A stretch of DNA of 64,000 bases from Microbotryum violaceum (taxonomy: Eukaryota). Shown here piece after piece: positions 25,473 through 38,970 of the stretch (position 1 is its first letter; every line of letters starts with the position of its first letter). A program made the position numbers and the translations under genes. The notes under the pieces were generated by a model, which was not told where the DNA came from, made no database searches, and saw nothing but the letters and a program-made list of their open reading frames with translations. The stretch is taken from assembly GCA_001244265.2 (NCBI GenBank), contig CDLV01000012.1, forward strand, positions 1,364,001-1,428,000. The letters run 5' to 3'.

Positions 25473-26472
25473 TCGAGGTCGGTATCTCCATGCCGGGAGT
25501 GTGGGGTTGAAAGAGTGGCTGGGGTTTCGCCAGGCTGTAATTGTATTTTTCACATCTGAACTGGTAGCGTGGATAAGCCTCGTTATCGGTATTGGGAACA
25601 GATACGGAAGTGGTTTCCGTTGATCATGAGAGAAGTGCCCCCTGTCCAGCTCTCCCTCTGCTCGGTTTTCGAGATCGAAACGACGAAGACGTTGATGTTG
25701 CATGACAGAGGCAGGAAGGGGACATACACGAAAACGACAGACCCAGGTTCGACTCCTAGTCCAGCATCTTTTGTTGATCATTTTCGGAATCATTTGTTGA
25801 TTCCAACATTAACTAAAAAGTGTTGGGGCTCAAATTGAGCGAGCTTGGAGCGAGCGCGTGCAATCGCCGACGCCCGGGCCTGCTGACCTCATTTGCTTCG
25901 CGCGCTCCACCCGCATTCATCTACAATCAGCGACAGCATCTTTCGGCCCTCGATCGCAGGCTTTTGGACGGAACGCGCCATCGTTTCTTGGAAAGGTAAG
26001 TCTTTCCCTGTCGATCAAAGTGAGACTTGGTCGTTCACAGGGGATGCATACACGCGGGGTGACCGGCAACGTGGGTGGCTGAGACGCGACACCTATCGCT
26101 CAACACGCGCTCGAATGACCGGATCGCGGAGGAACGGCGGAGTTGCACAAGGTTCGAGCATGGCGGATCGTGCTCTTAAGTGCTTGCATGAGGGACAATA
26201 GAGGCACAGGACGGCCGGGAGTAATCGTTGCCTGGAAGCACGACACACGACACACGAGTCAGCTGAGCTGTTGGACGACGACGATGACGGCACGCGTGTC
26301 ATAGGCTCAACCAGCAATTCAGCGTAACTTTTGCGTGAATCTGTGACTTACTTCATGACGTGTACCTTTCCGCAGACGTACCACATCAAGCCAGGCATTC
26401 ATCGACCCCCTTTCTCTCAAAAGCCTGGGATCGTGTGGAGGCTGAAGCCCCGCTCTCGACCCATCGACTCTG

Positions 26473-29400
26473 ATGGCCCTGCGACCACCGACCACGCCGA
26501 GGGCCTCAGCGCTGCTTTCTCACAACTCGGTTGCTGCAGCCGGATCGACTCCCTCCTCCCTCCCTACACCGTCCCGTCGTCGAGTTTCGTCAAACGTCGC
26601 CTCGTCGTCACGCTCGAATCTTGGAGGAGCCGCCGACGAACTCGACAGCTTGCAACAGGCCCTTCGATCCCACGACCCGAGCCAATACGATCCCCCTCAC
26701 CTCCTGGGGAACAGCTATGCCTCGATAGATAGTCCGACACCGAACAAATTGAGTCATACGGTCACCCATCGAAAAGCGCTGAGGAGGCCTTCCATCCTCA
26801 ACCTCAAGTCGAATTTGGCTGTCTCGGGTGGGGGCAGTGGCGCTTCAAGACCGACTACACCTTCGGGGCGGACGTCAGGCATGGGTGTATCCACGCCTCG
26901 ACATCATGCGATGGGTGGATCGATGACGCGCTCAAAGACCCCGACTTCGATTGCGACTCGACCCCTCTCTCGGTCGACGATGCGCAACTCGCTCGACAGT
27001 TCGATCGCGGGCTTCAAAGGGTTGCAGGTAGGCGATCAGGTCAAATTTGAAGTAGCGGGGAACGCGATGGAAGGTGTGATTCGGTTCTTGGGCGCCGTCG
27101 ATGGTAAAGAGGGGCAGTGGGGTGGAGTCGAATTAGATGCCGAATGGAGCGGACTGGGCAAGAATGACGGGAGCGTTAAAGGGTAAGTAGTCATTTCTGG
27201 CGTTCTGGGTGGTCCCGTGGAGAAACAACGCGCCTTATCGCATTGAGGTGACCTCACAGTGTTCAATACTTTGCCTGCAACCCGCTGTGCGGCCTCTTCC
27301 TTCCGCTGCAAAAGATCACCAAGAAGCCGCCCGCGCCGCCGGCCATCACCGCCGGCTCTAGAGCGTCCAAATACGTCGGTCTCAAAGCTTCTGAATTGGC
27401 GTCGAACAAGCGACAGATGGAGCAGAATCGAGCATCGATGGGACCACCTGCATCACCTACCAAGGGCCAACCGCGAAGATCGTTGGCCCTACCCAGCCCG
27501 ATCAAACTCGGTTCGATTTCGTCTTCATCTGCTTCGGCCTCTTCGACACCAAGAGCGATCCGAAGTGGTCGCCCTTCGTACGGCGGTGGACCTTTTGGTG
27601 CGACACCAAGGAAATCGCTGGGGGGCATCTCGGCGTCTTCGACGACGCCCCGAGCGAACTTGTCGAGTTCGGCAGCGGGGATGAAGAGACCTCCCTCCTC
27701 ACTAAGGTCGAATTCGATCCCTGATGTTCCTGCTCTACCGCATTCGTATGCCCTGAATCGATCGATCACCCCTTCTTCATCGAGGGATGGTCGAGCGACA
27801 CCTTCGACGCCTTCGCTCGTTTCCTCGAGGATGCAACGAAGGGAATCTGAGATCTCGACGACGTCTTCGTCGACTGGGTTGGGAGGTGGCTTGGGGCATT
27901 CGACTTCGAAGCCTACGACACCTTCGGTGAGGTCGTTCTCGAGGCAATCGTTTACGAGTTCTTCGGTCTCGAGGAATAGTTTGCGGTCGACGACAAGAGA
28001 GGAGGATGATATTGCCGATTACAAGCAGCAGGTCGTGGAAGCACGGGAGAGGGAGGCGAGCGTGAGGGAGTTGTTGGAAGGGTCTGAAAAGGTGGGGAGG
28101 GAGATGGAGGCGCTTGTGGGAGAGTTGAGGGATCGGTTGAAGGAGAGGGATGTGCAGGTCGAGGAGATGGAATGGAAAGTCAAGGAGAGGGAGATGAATC
28201 GGTTGGCCGAGGTTGAGGATGACGATGCGGGGAGCAAGAAGGAGTTGCAGAGGCTCTTGAAGGAGATAGAGGAGATGAGAGAGGAGGGCAAGGTCAAGCA
28301 GGAACGATGGGACAAGTTGCAGCGCGAGTGGATGACCAAGTCTGCGGCTAAAGAGGGCGAGATCGCTTCGCTCAGGGAAAGGTTGGACATCGCGACGCAG
28401 GGTGTGGACGAGGAGAAGGCCGAGCTGCAGCGCCAGTTGGAGCAGTTGAGGAGCGCGGGACAATCGCTTTGCTTGACGTACGAGGAACGTATCGCCGAGA
28501 TTGAGATTGCGCGGCTGGAAAGCGTCGACTTGGCCGAGACGTTGGCGGCGCAGTTGGAGGCGTTACAGTTGGGTGGACGGGGCGGGGTCATCGAGAAGGG
28601 AATGACGACAAACGACGACAGTGAGGAGGTGCATCGGTCGGGATCCCCGGATTCTCCGACACGGCGCTTGGGCGCTTCGACGAATGCTTCCGTGGCGGAC
28701 ATCATCAATGCCGAATCTGCGCAGGCCGATCTCGACCACTTGCGCACCAAGGTTGGTTCGCTGGAGGAGCAGTTGGAAGAAGCGCGCATGCACCTTGAGG
28801 CCGAAGTTAACGACAGCCGTAGGCGACGGACCAAACATCAAGAGGCCGAGGCGGCCTTGAAGAAGGATTTGAAGGGGTTGCGCGACGCGTTGGATCGCTC
28901 GGCCAAGCACGAGACGAGGTTGACGAGTCGGATCGCCGAACTTGAGGTTGCGTTGCAAGAGAGTCAGGCGACGTTGGAGGATGAAAGGTCTGAGTTGGAG
29001 GGTCTGAGGAGCGACGTCGTGGGTGGAGCGAGTGCGGGTATTGCGGATGAACTCAAGAGAGCCAACAAGCTCGTCGGGAAGTTGCAGGAGGAACTCGACG
29101 AGGTCAAGCAGAGCAAAGCGCAGCAGGTTGAACGCATTTCCGAACTTCAGACGCAACTGGACGAGGCCCTTTTGTCGATCAGTCAACGTTCCTCGAGCCC
29201 GACCCAAGCGCCGACCCAGGATACTGGCTCGGCCTCGTCGCAACTGTCACCGATATCGGTGTCGATGAACCGCCGGGAATCCAGTCTCGCCTCGAGTGGT
29301 GGTCGACGCTCGGTCGGAAGTCAAGCCGACGAGATTGCAGACGCTCATGAGCAAATCGTCGGCCTCAAGATCATTATCAAGTCGCTCGAAGACGACAACT

Positions 29401-30177
29401 CGGTCCTGAGCGAACGCAACATCGCTCTAGGGAATGAAGTGCAGGACCTCAAGGATGCTCAACAGACGCTCGAGACGACGGTCGAGAACCTGATGGGGCA
29501 GATGACGAATGCCGACTCGTCATCGGTCGCAGTCAAGGTCATTTCGAGTCCTACAATGGATGCCAAGGGGACGAGGGCGGTCAGGGAGGTCGAGGAGCTC
29601 AAGCTCAAGTTGCGAGAGGTGGAGAAGAAGGCAGAGAGGGAGATCAAGGTCTTGCACCAAGAGGTCAGTATTCGTGCTACGGGGCTTCGGAAACGAAGAA
29701 AGCGACTGATGTTGTTTTTCTTCGTAGGTTAACGAGCTCGAGTCGCTCGTCGAGTCCAAAATCTACCGCGAAGATGAGCTCGAGACCGAATTGGAGAAGT
29801 ACAAGGCGCTTGCTGCAAAAGCGCCCAGCTCTTCCTCGACATCCGGCGGTGCCTCATCCTCGACTGCCACGACCAAGGGGAACGGATTGACACGGTCCAG
29901 CAAGGAAGAGGACGATGATGAAGATAATGGCGAATGCGAAATGTGTGGCGACTTGCACGACCTCGAGTCATGTCCCGTCTTTGCAGGATCTTCCTCACCG
30001 AGCAAAGTCGGTCGACCCCGTGCTTCGGTCTCGGGCGGGCAGAGGCATGCCAAGTCGACGTCTCTGGCGTCAGTATCTTCGGAGGGGGTCAAGACCTCTA
30101 CGGAAGCTTATTGCGACGATTGTGAGGAGTATGGGCATGCGCTGGAGGATTGTCCGTTAGCGAATGATATCTTTTAG
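26473..30177 (+). CDS. CAP-Gly microtubule plus-end protein, CLIP-170/Tip1/Bik1-like
   Basis: CAP-Gly GVELD..GKNDGSVKG|VQYF, long coiled coil, ELESLVESKIYREDELE, two C-terminal Cys/His zinc knuckles and an acidic-aromatic end (DIF). Confidence 0.88.
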
Positions 30178-30936
30178 GGGTGGGGCTTTTGGCGTGGTGC
30201 TTGGGGCAGGGGAATTCAGCTTTTCATTCGTTATTATCGGTTCGATTTCGCGTTTGTATGTCTTTTAACGAGCAAATCATTCGTTTCGTTGAGGCTTGTT
30301 GGAAGGAGACACTTATTTCCGGTGATGACGGTTGGGGCGACTCGAGCGATCGATGCTGATACAAGCTCGGAATTACTCGGACGGAGTGCTTGGTCAGTTG
30401 GCTTCGACCGCTCGGCTCACTCGCTTCCGAGCTCGCTCGGTGCCATGTGCGGGGTCATACTTTGAGCAATCGGTCTAGAGTCGCATCATCAATCTACCGG
30501 CGGAATCAAACGTTAGCTGTTGTGGGACCAGGTTGTGATGCATTCCACCACTCCTATCTTGGTGTGAGATATTCGCGTTCAAGTTCGGTGATCCCGGATA
30601 TAAGCAGTCGTGTGCCTCCACCCCCTTCTCGGCTGAAGGGCTCGCACGCCATCGACACCGGTCGAGTTCCCACCAGCCGCGCGCCGGCGCAGAGCCTCGC
30701 AGCGATCTTTACAAAGGGCTCAGTCAGCAAGCCCGCTTAGACAGGCTTAGACCGAGAGTCAACCCAATCGAATCGACGCCGCTCTCGAATTCTTTCGCTT
30801 CCGGTTTGCTCTTTCAGCCTAGACGCTACACCCTATCCCCTCTTGGAGGTCAAGAGCAGCCGAGGATTGATCGGCGACCGCGTTTCTACCTCGAATCAAG
30901 CCGAGAAGCGCCCCTTAGCAGCACTTTCCGGCGACG

Positions 30937-33713
30937 ATGGGCCTGCTGGCATTGGGCACTCCGCTCGAGTGGAAAGATGCCAAGCAGCACGCCGATCACG
31001 TGCGCTCCCACGGCATAGAACAGTTCCTCAAGATATGGCATCGACTCAAGGATCGCACGGGCGACAGTCTGCTCTGGGGTGATGAAGTCAGTTCTTTGAT
31101 CGTGCTGCTGTGGGCGGCTTATCTTGCGCCGTGCTTGACTGTCGAGTTGGCTTGGGCGCGCTTGAGTTCTGCCGCCCGTTCTGGCCTCGCTCTCGCTGGG
31201 GCTCCGATCGGGCCGAGGAAAAGCGGAGCGATCGCGCGCGGTCAACTAGCGAGCCGAGTACGCAACTGACACGCATCGGAATCGTCATGCGGATCGCTCC
31301 CAGATCGAATACATGGTCGTCTCGTACGACGACGAGCACAAGAACGCGAGGCTGTCCCTGAGGCAGACTGAGATTCTCGAAGATCTCCAAGCCGATGCGA
31401 CCGAGCGACAGACCCGAATGCCCGGAAGAGAGTGGGTCTACGATCATGCCTCTCGAGTGACGATCGTATCGAGGTGTTGATGGGCTATATATCTATCGTA
31501 GAGCTTGCATTCCCGTCTTCCACCCTGAATATGGCCGATACATGCTCGAGTCGACACCGGGCGCACCGTACGGGGCTACGCTCGAAGATCTGCTCTCGGT
31601 CGAGGGCAACATGCGGTTCAGGTAAGAGAATCGTACGCGCAAGACTCGTCTTCATGACATCGCCTAATCTCTCAAACGTCAAAACGCAGACGAGTGCTGG
31701 CTAAATCCCGAATGAAGGCCAACGAGGTTCCCATGACCCTGACCAGTTTCCCTCGACTCGGGGCTCCCGGCGTCTTCACCGACCCCTACTACCCGCCCGG
31801 AGGCGGCGTCTCACGATCCTTGTTCTTGCCTGACGAAATCATCAACCCGCACGTCCGATTCCCCACCCTCACGGCCAACATCCGGAGACGACGAGGCGCC
31901 AAAATCGCCATCAACATGCCCATTTACCACGATACCAACACACCAAAGCCCTTCATCGACCCCAACATCCCTTTCGATCGGGATATCTGGCCCGAGGACA
32001 GAAACGCCAGGGACGGGGCGGCGTTGCCTGATCACATCTACATGGACGCGATGGGGTTCGGGATGGGGTGCTGCTGCTTGCAGATCACGTTCCAGGCGTG
32101 CAGCGTCAGCGAGGCGAGGAGGATGTACGACGCTTTCGTACCTGTGGGACCTATAATGGTCCGTTCTGCCAAGATGGGTTTCCGAAATTGATTGCTGATG
32201 ATGATACAACTCGCACAGCTGGCCCTCACCGCCTCTTCGCCAATCTTCCGGGGGCTGCTCGCGGACGTCGATTGCCGGTGGGACGTGATTGCGGGAAGTG
32301 TCGATGACCGGACAGAGGAAGAGAGAGGGCTCAAGGTCAGTCCTCGGGAGAGCAGGTGATGGACCACCCACGATCACTCCATATTGATCTCCCTACGCCG
32401 TTCTGCAGCCTCTGCGAGACGACCGATTCGTGATTCCTAAATCGCGCTACGACAGCGTCGATTGCTACATCTACGACTGCGACTCGAACCGACCCGAATA
32501 CAATGACAACCACATGCCGTACGACGAAGCGATCAAGGAACGCCTCATGGCCGACGGTGTCGACCCCTTACTCTCGACCCATTTCGCCCACCTCTTCATC
32601 CGAGACCCGATCGTCATCTTTGAGGAAACGATGAACCAAGATGACGAAAGATCGTCGGACCATTTCGAGAACATCCAATCGACGAACTGGCAGACCGTGC
32701 GGTTCAAGCCGCCCCCACCGGGATCGCCGATCGGGTGGAGGGTCGAGTTCAGGTCCATGGAGGTGCAGTTGACGGACTATGAGAACGCTGCGCATGCCGT
32801 GTTCATCGTTCTCTTGACGAGAGCGATCATGCAGCTGGGTCTGAACTTTTACATCCCGATCTCAAAGGTGGGTCCCCCGATACTCTATTGACGAGCTGCA
32901 CTCGGGACCTGAGCTGAAAGTGACCGGGGGCTTCGACAGGTTGATGAGAATATGCACCGCGCGCACCGACGCGATGCCGTGCACTCGCAAAAGTTTTACT
33001 TCCGAAAGAACCTGTTCTCCCCCGCACCCGGTCATGGATGCTCTCCGGTACCGCCTTCGAACCCTTCTCTCATCAACGGGCTCAACAAGCACCTCAAAGA
33101 GATGACATCGTCCTCGATGTCCTCCTCGAATTCAACGTCGTCTTCCCGCGTCACTCCCAATGGTGTTCCCGCCGATATCGTCGAACAAACGTGCAGCTCG
33201 CACACGACCACACCTCGCTCCCATTCGCCCGTAGAAGGCGAGACCCCCTCCTTCGGTCCCGTCGAAGATGAATACGACGAATTTACCATCAACGAAATCA
33301 TCAATGGTTCCCCGTCGAAGAACTTCCCTGGTTTACTCGGCGTCGTGACACTTTACCTCGATGGATTGACGGACGTTCATCCTTCCACACGGGCGAAATT
33401 GGACCAATCCCTAGAATTGATCAAACGACGCGCGGATGGTAGTTTGGTCACGACGGCGACGTGGATGAGGGAGTTTGTGCAGAAGCATCCCAAGTACCAG
33501 CATGATTCGGTAATCAGCCAGGAGATCAACTATGATTTGATCCGGGCTGTCGATCAGATTGAACGTGGGATTAGGAAGGAACCGACGTTGTTGCCCGAGG
33601 ATTTCGTGGGCACGGACGACGGTCTCCGGAAGGATGATCCATTCATGTCGGCTTGTGGGCAGGCCCTGGCGTTGGATAAGGGGGCGATCGTCGAGAGGGC
33701 TCTGGGGGAGTAA
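30937..33713 (+). CDS. GSH1: Glutamate-cysteine ligase catalytic subunit
   Basis: [82 protein letters not shown] and [10 protein letters not shown]. Confidence 0.96.
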
Positions 33714-33922
33714 AGGCGATATCCAGTGCCCGCACTTTCTGTTCTGATGTGACATGTCAACTCTACGGTATCAGAAAGACGCGGCCTGTGTAGTACGTAG
33801 TTGTTCCGCCTTTTCCGCATCTTTCGTTACCGCAAAATACAGACAACGGTTGTTCCCAGACTCTGTACGAGCAAATTATATTCATGTGTACCTCAAATTT
33901 TCCAACGCGAAGCTTCGTACCA

Positions 33923-36900
33923 TCACATTCTGTCCCTCTTCATCTGCGTCGCCACATCCTTCAAGTCCTCCTTGGGTTGCGCCTTACTCGCCGGCACGAA
34001 GCCCAGCAAGTTCTCAAACAACTCATGCCTCTTGGTATACAACTCCCCGCCAAGCACGACAGGATTCTCATCGACTGAAGTTGTCGTCGAATTCGTTGGA
34101 GAAGCAGCGCTTGGGTCGTTCTCGACGTTCATATCGACTTCGCAATTGTTGCGAGGAGGCGCGGAAAGGACGGCGATCATGCAGGCGCGGAAGGCGGATG
34201 CTTCGTCTTCGTCGGTATGGTCGACGACTTGGCCGATTGAGTCTTGAAGATATTGTAGGGCGATGAGCGTGGGGCGCGTTTGACACATCTCGGTGAAGCT
34301 GGGGAAGCGAAGAGAGTGTTGTCGTCAGCACTGGTTCGTGCGAGATCAGTGGCAGGGTGACTGACCGTTGTTTGCGGACGAGGAAGCGAGCCATGCGGAG
34401 CGCTTCGTCCGGACAGGGACTGATAAGTCAAGCGACGCATTAGCTTCACCATCGGAGAGTCAGTGGATCACTGAAGAAAGTACTCACTGAAAGACCTTTC
34501 CTCTCCATAAATCGCCCAACCTCTCTTCAGTCCCCTTGAAAGGATTCCCACCAAACAAATAATGCTCCTTCCTCAACGGGTCGTAAACAACACTAGCCGC
34601 GAACCTCGGTGGTGGCTTTTCCCCTCTCTGCTCAAGTTTACCCCATTTAGATGGACCATTCGTTGTCGAATAGGTCCACACCTCATTCGAAGGTGTTTCT
34701 TTCCTGGCTTGATGATACTTGACGAGACCTGTCATCGTCGTCCATTCTCGGGTGGTAGGGTCGATCGTTGTACGGTGCGTGAAGGAGGGTGAAGGACCGA
34801 CGGAACCGTCAAGAGGTGAAGGGAGGGAAACGTCGTCGTTCTTTTGCATGACTTGGAGGATCGTAGGTGCTCGAGTAGAGAGCGTGGGGTTGCCGATCGT
34901 CGTGACGGGTGTTGCGGTCGAGACGCCTGCGATGACGGCTCCGGCTCGCCAGAAAGAGGTATCATCACTCGCACCGCTGGCCGGTTCGTCAAGATCGAGG
35001 TCGGCCGCATTGGGGGCCACAAACTTGATCGCCCATAAGTCGGCGAGGTAGGCGTCGCCTCGTTGACCACCGAGGATGTAGAGAGTGTGCGAGTGGGCAT
35101 CAAAGAACATGGAATGCCCGATCCGGCCCAGTAGACGCTCGGCACGGAAGGTGTCGTTCGATGTCGGATCGCCACTGTGGAAACGATCGGTCGTCAGTGT
35201 ACTTCCAATCGGAGGCGACAAATGTTGTTTGAACCTACAAAAGATGTAACCACTTGTTTTCCACGATATCGAAGCAGTACAGTCCGCTGTAGCGATCCTC
35301 GAGCGCATCCTCCTCGTCAGGAGGTTGGATTCTCCCACCAAACACAAAAAGCCTCTGCGATTCCGAGTGGAGGAACATCTGGTGGTCGAAGCTGTGGGAG
35401 CGAACGCCCGGCGACCATCAGTCTTGGTTCGGAATTATTTCGATCTACAACCGGAGTCCACCCACAGAAGCTTGGGTCCCCCTTGCGTCGCAGTATCCTC
35501 ACTGATCAACTCCCACTTGCCCTTATCCGTCCCAACGAACTTGTACCTCCAGAAATCACTCGCGTAAACGCTTTTCCCATCCCATGAGCTAAACCCATTT
35601 CCCTCTCCATGATGTTCGGCCTCCATCGCATCACCGTTCTCGGCGTTCCCACCCGCCTGTTGTGCCTTCCTCTCCGCGAACGCTTCTTCATCTTCCCTCG
35701 TCACGCGTGATCCGAGCATGTAGACCCATCCTTCTCGTTCGTCAACTGCCATCTGATGACAACTCCTCTTGCGTGGCCATAGTCGTCGATCAGTAGACGA
35801 TGCCCCATCCAGCTTCCCTTCCTCTTCCCCCGAATCGATCAACCTCCACGAGAGGATCGGCATGTCCTCCTCTGGTGAAGGTAATTCCGCCGTCCATAGA
35901 TCCGCGAGATCTTCTTTCCCATCGAAACCACCAAACAGCAACAACTTCCTCCCGATTCTGACCATCTGGTGACCCGCTCGAGCTCTCGGTTGAGGAGGTA
36001 GGTTCGAGTACTGGACATCGTTCAGTCGCTCCCACCGGACGACACTGACACCTTTCCCACCACCCGGCGTCCATTCTTGGAACAGGTCCTGTGTTTTCGC
36101 TTCTTCGAGCAATCGCTCTGCTCCGACAAAGTCGCCTCGTACAACGATGGTGTCGTGCAACTGCGAGAGAAGTGGATGTTCGAACGATGAGGCCACGGAC
36201 GGAGGGATCGAGTTGAGCAGCGATTGGAACGTCGGGAGGAGTGCGGATCGTCGAAGGTGTGAGAGGACGAGGTGGGTCGTTGTAGCTGATCGATACTGGG
36301 GGCAGGGGGCGATACGGTCAGATCCGGGTCTTTGTGCGACGCACGACCGAGGGAAGACTCTTACAGTGTCGTAGGCTACGAGTGCCGCGTCGATGTCGTT
36401 CGTGAGTCCCATTAGCCAAACGTGCCAGATTGAGACTTGTGAAGGGGACAATAGACTATGTCAGGTCGAATGCCATGAAATCGATCGAATTCGCTCCAGT
36501 CCTCCACTCCAAGACTGACCGTTGTAATTTTGCGTGTGGGGCGTGAGCGCATCAATTCGAATGAATTTGGAGGGAAGAACCTGCCGTGTGCGGGTTAAAC
36601 GAATTTACCAGCATATCGCTTCAGCCAGAGTTCACAATGAAATCATGAGTGGACTCACTGCTGATGGTTTGCCAGGAGGTGCAGCGGCATCGGTCGGCAG
36701 CTTGAACTGCTCCGGCTGAGAATCGTTCTTGAGCCCGGCGTGGAGCAGCGGTTCCATGCACGACAGGTCAGACGACATGCCACCGTAGACACTGAACTCG
36801 TGCAAGTTGCATGGATGAACCCTGCGAGTCAGACAGAAAGGAAAAAATATGTTAACCTTGCTTGCTGAAGAAGAAGTTCGAGCTCAGAGGTGGTTCGTAC

Positions 36901-37381
36901 TTGTGGTACTTGCCAAAGCCGATCGCGGTGACGATCGCTGGCTGTTCGAGCTCCAAGGTAATGTATTGAATCTCCCGGGATCTTTTCAATCCTGATGTGG
37001 ATGGTCGCGCCCCCGCTGCTGCTGCGCCGCCATTCGTGTTGGCTCGGTCGCCCGCGTGGGGTTTGTGGCGCTCAACGAGTTGTTCGACGCCGATGAGGAC
37101 GACGCCGGGGACGACGCAGCGGCGGCGGCTGCAGTCGGCTGCTTGGTGTTGAGTGCAGTCCAGCGTGATGATTGATCGGATGGGTTGTCTGTCAGGATGT
37201 GGTGAGGCTGGAACGTCGAGGTGTAGCCCGAGCACGAGTGGATCCTGTTCGCGAACGGGCGACGGTAGCGGCATAGCAGCAACAGCAGCAGGCATGACAA
37301 CAGCAAGGTCAGTCAAGAGTCGAGAGCGGGAATCATATAGCTCGGTACTGACGTGTAGGACAGTCGGACTGGCTCGTCCAT
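33923..37381 (-). CDS. Muskelin-like protein (discoidin-like N-terminus, LisH/CTLH, kelch repeats)
   Basis: IHSCSGYTSTFQPHHIL..SRWT, YITLELEQPAIVTAIGFGKYHK, HPCNLHEF, GLKND, SIWHV, RAGHQM, PRKRSCHQM and HYLFGGNP motifs. Confidence 0.88.
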
Positions 37382-38860
37382 CCTGTGGGAGCTCGGTCCG
37401 ATGTTCGCTGACCACGCCACACGACGGACGGAGGCGATCGAGTGATGGCCGAACGAGCCGCGATCTCGGGCACCACAACTCGCCGAAGTCAAGTCAATTC
37501 GGCGAGCGCACCTTCAAGAACTAGACTATAGAATTTGTTCCACGTCGATTTCCGCCTCTGAATTTGCTGCAATCCAATTCCCATGTATTCTCAACTTGTT
37601 TTCCAGGCGACTTCGACGATCGAAATGAATCCGACAACATCTACATCAAATCGCTACCGAACCATACTTGTAAGAAGACCTAGACATTCAGCTTAGTCAG
37701 ATGGTGACTGTCAGGCGTCGCGTACCCATTGTTCGGAACACCGAGCAGGCCATGTCATAGAAGAGGATTCTGGCGAGCTTTCGGGGAATATATTGTCGCG
37801 ATAATGCCGGGAGATGTCAAAACTCTGGACGCTTCGGTAGCGTGGTCTCCTTAAACAAATGGAGGCTCTGGAGAGTGAGAAAATCACCTATGAACCAAGC
37901 TAAGACTACCCATCTAAGCGGACCGGCTTGTACCTACTCTCGCACGAAGGATTGGGCGGCGGATCGATCTTCTCCGAGTCTGCAACCACCAGCAAGGTCT
38001 CGAACGGTCGACTTAGCGGTTCACTTTTTTGTGAGAAGTTCGTGTGGCCCTTCATCCTTGAGATAACTGTCCTTCCCTATTTATGCCGCATTAGCAGCTG
38101 CTGTGCCGTATCACGGAGCCCCTAAGCCGCGACAGCCTGTCGGATCACCGAGAATTCCGCCCGACATTTTGGGCGGAAGCAATGCCCAGCTGAAGACCTG
38201 GATCACCCCGAAGTTTCGGGATGAAGTGAATGGATCCAATAAATTCGAGGAGCGTGTCTTTAACACTTCAGTCGCACCTGTTACCGATCCCACTCCTTTT
38301 CGGGAGAGACCTTGCAGAAAGACGCTTTAAACAGCTCCGGCGCAACCAGACTCCATTCATCGGATCCGAAGTCGCAGCGCTCTTTGCCTTTTCTCCTCCC
38401 CTTGGCGGTACGGAACCTTCTAATGCTGCTTCTGCTTCTCAATAAGGGGTGGGTCAACCCCAGGTTTTCTCGCACCGCTTCAAGGAAATATCTGCACCGC
38501 CCAGAGTGCTGCAACGCGTATTTAACGCTCACTCGAAATTTCAAATCCGTGGCGCATGCGCAACCAAACGAGCTTTAAGGCTGTTTAACGCAAAAAATGT
38601 GTGGGTTAATGCCTTCCACCGCCCGAAAAAAAAACGTCGCATGGCCCGCGGAATTGCGGAAGCCGTGCACACGTGCAACGGCTCTTGGGCGCCGCCGGAC
38701 GCCCGTCACCCATCATCCTTTTCAGCCTTTTGCGCTTGCACTGACATGCACAAAAACATAATTCCATTTTTGCAAGGCGGCTCTGAGTCTGGACGGTGGC
38801 AGCATCAAATTGAAACCGACAGTTCGGGCGCCGACCTTGCAGTCCACGTTTCGACTCCGC

Positions 38861-38970
38861 GGAAGGAGCGGCGAGCGGTCGAGGAGGTCTGTGCGGCGTA
38901 CGAGTTCGACGAACGAGCCAAACGAACTCGTACGCCGCACAGACCTCCTCGACCGCTCGCCGCTCCTTCC
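38861..38970. repeat. Perfect 48-bp inverted repeat with 14-nt spacer
   Basis: 38861-38908 is the exact reverse complement of 38923-38970. Confidence 0.97.

Noticed and set aside
38443-38461. TAAGGGGTGGGTCAACCCC as a transposon TIR
   Set aside because: No matching inverted partner found in the window.
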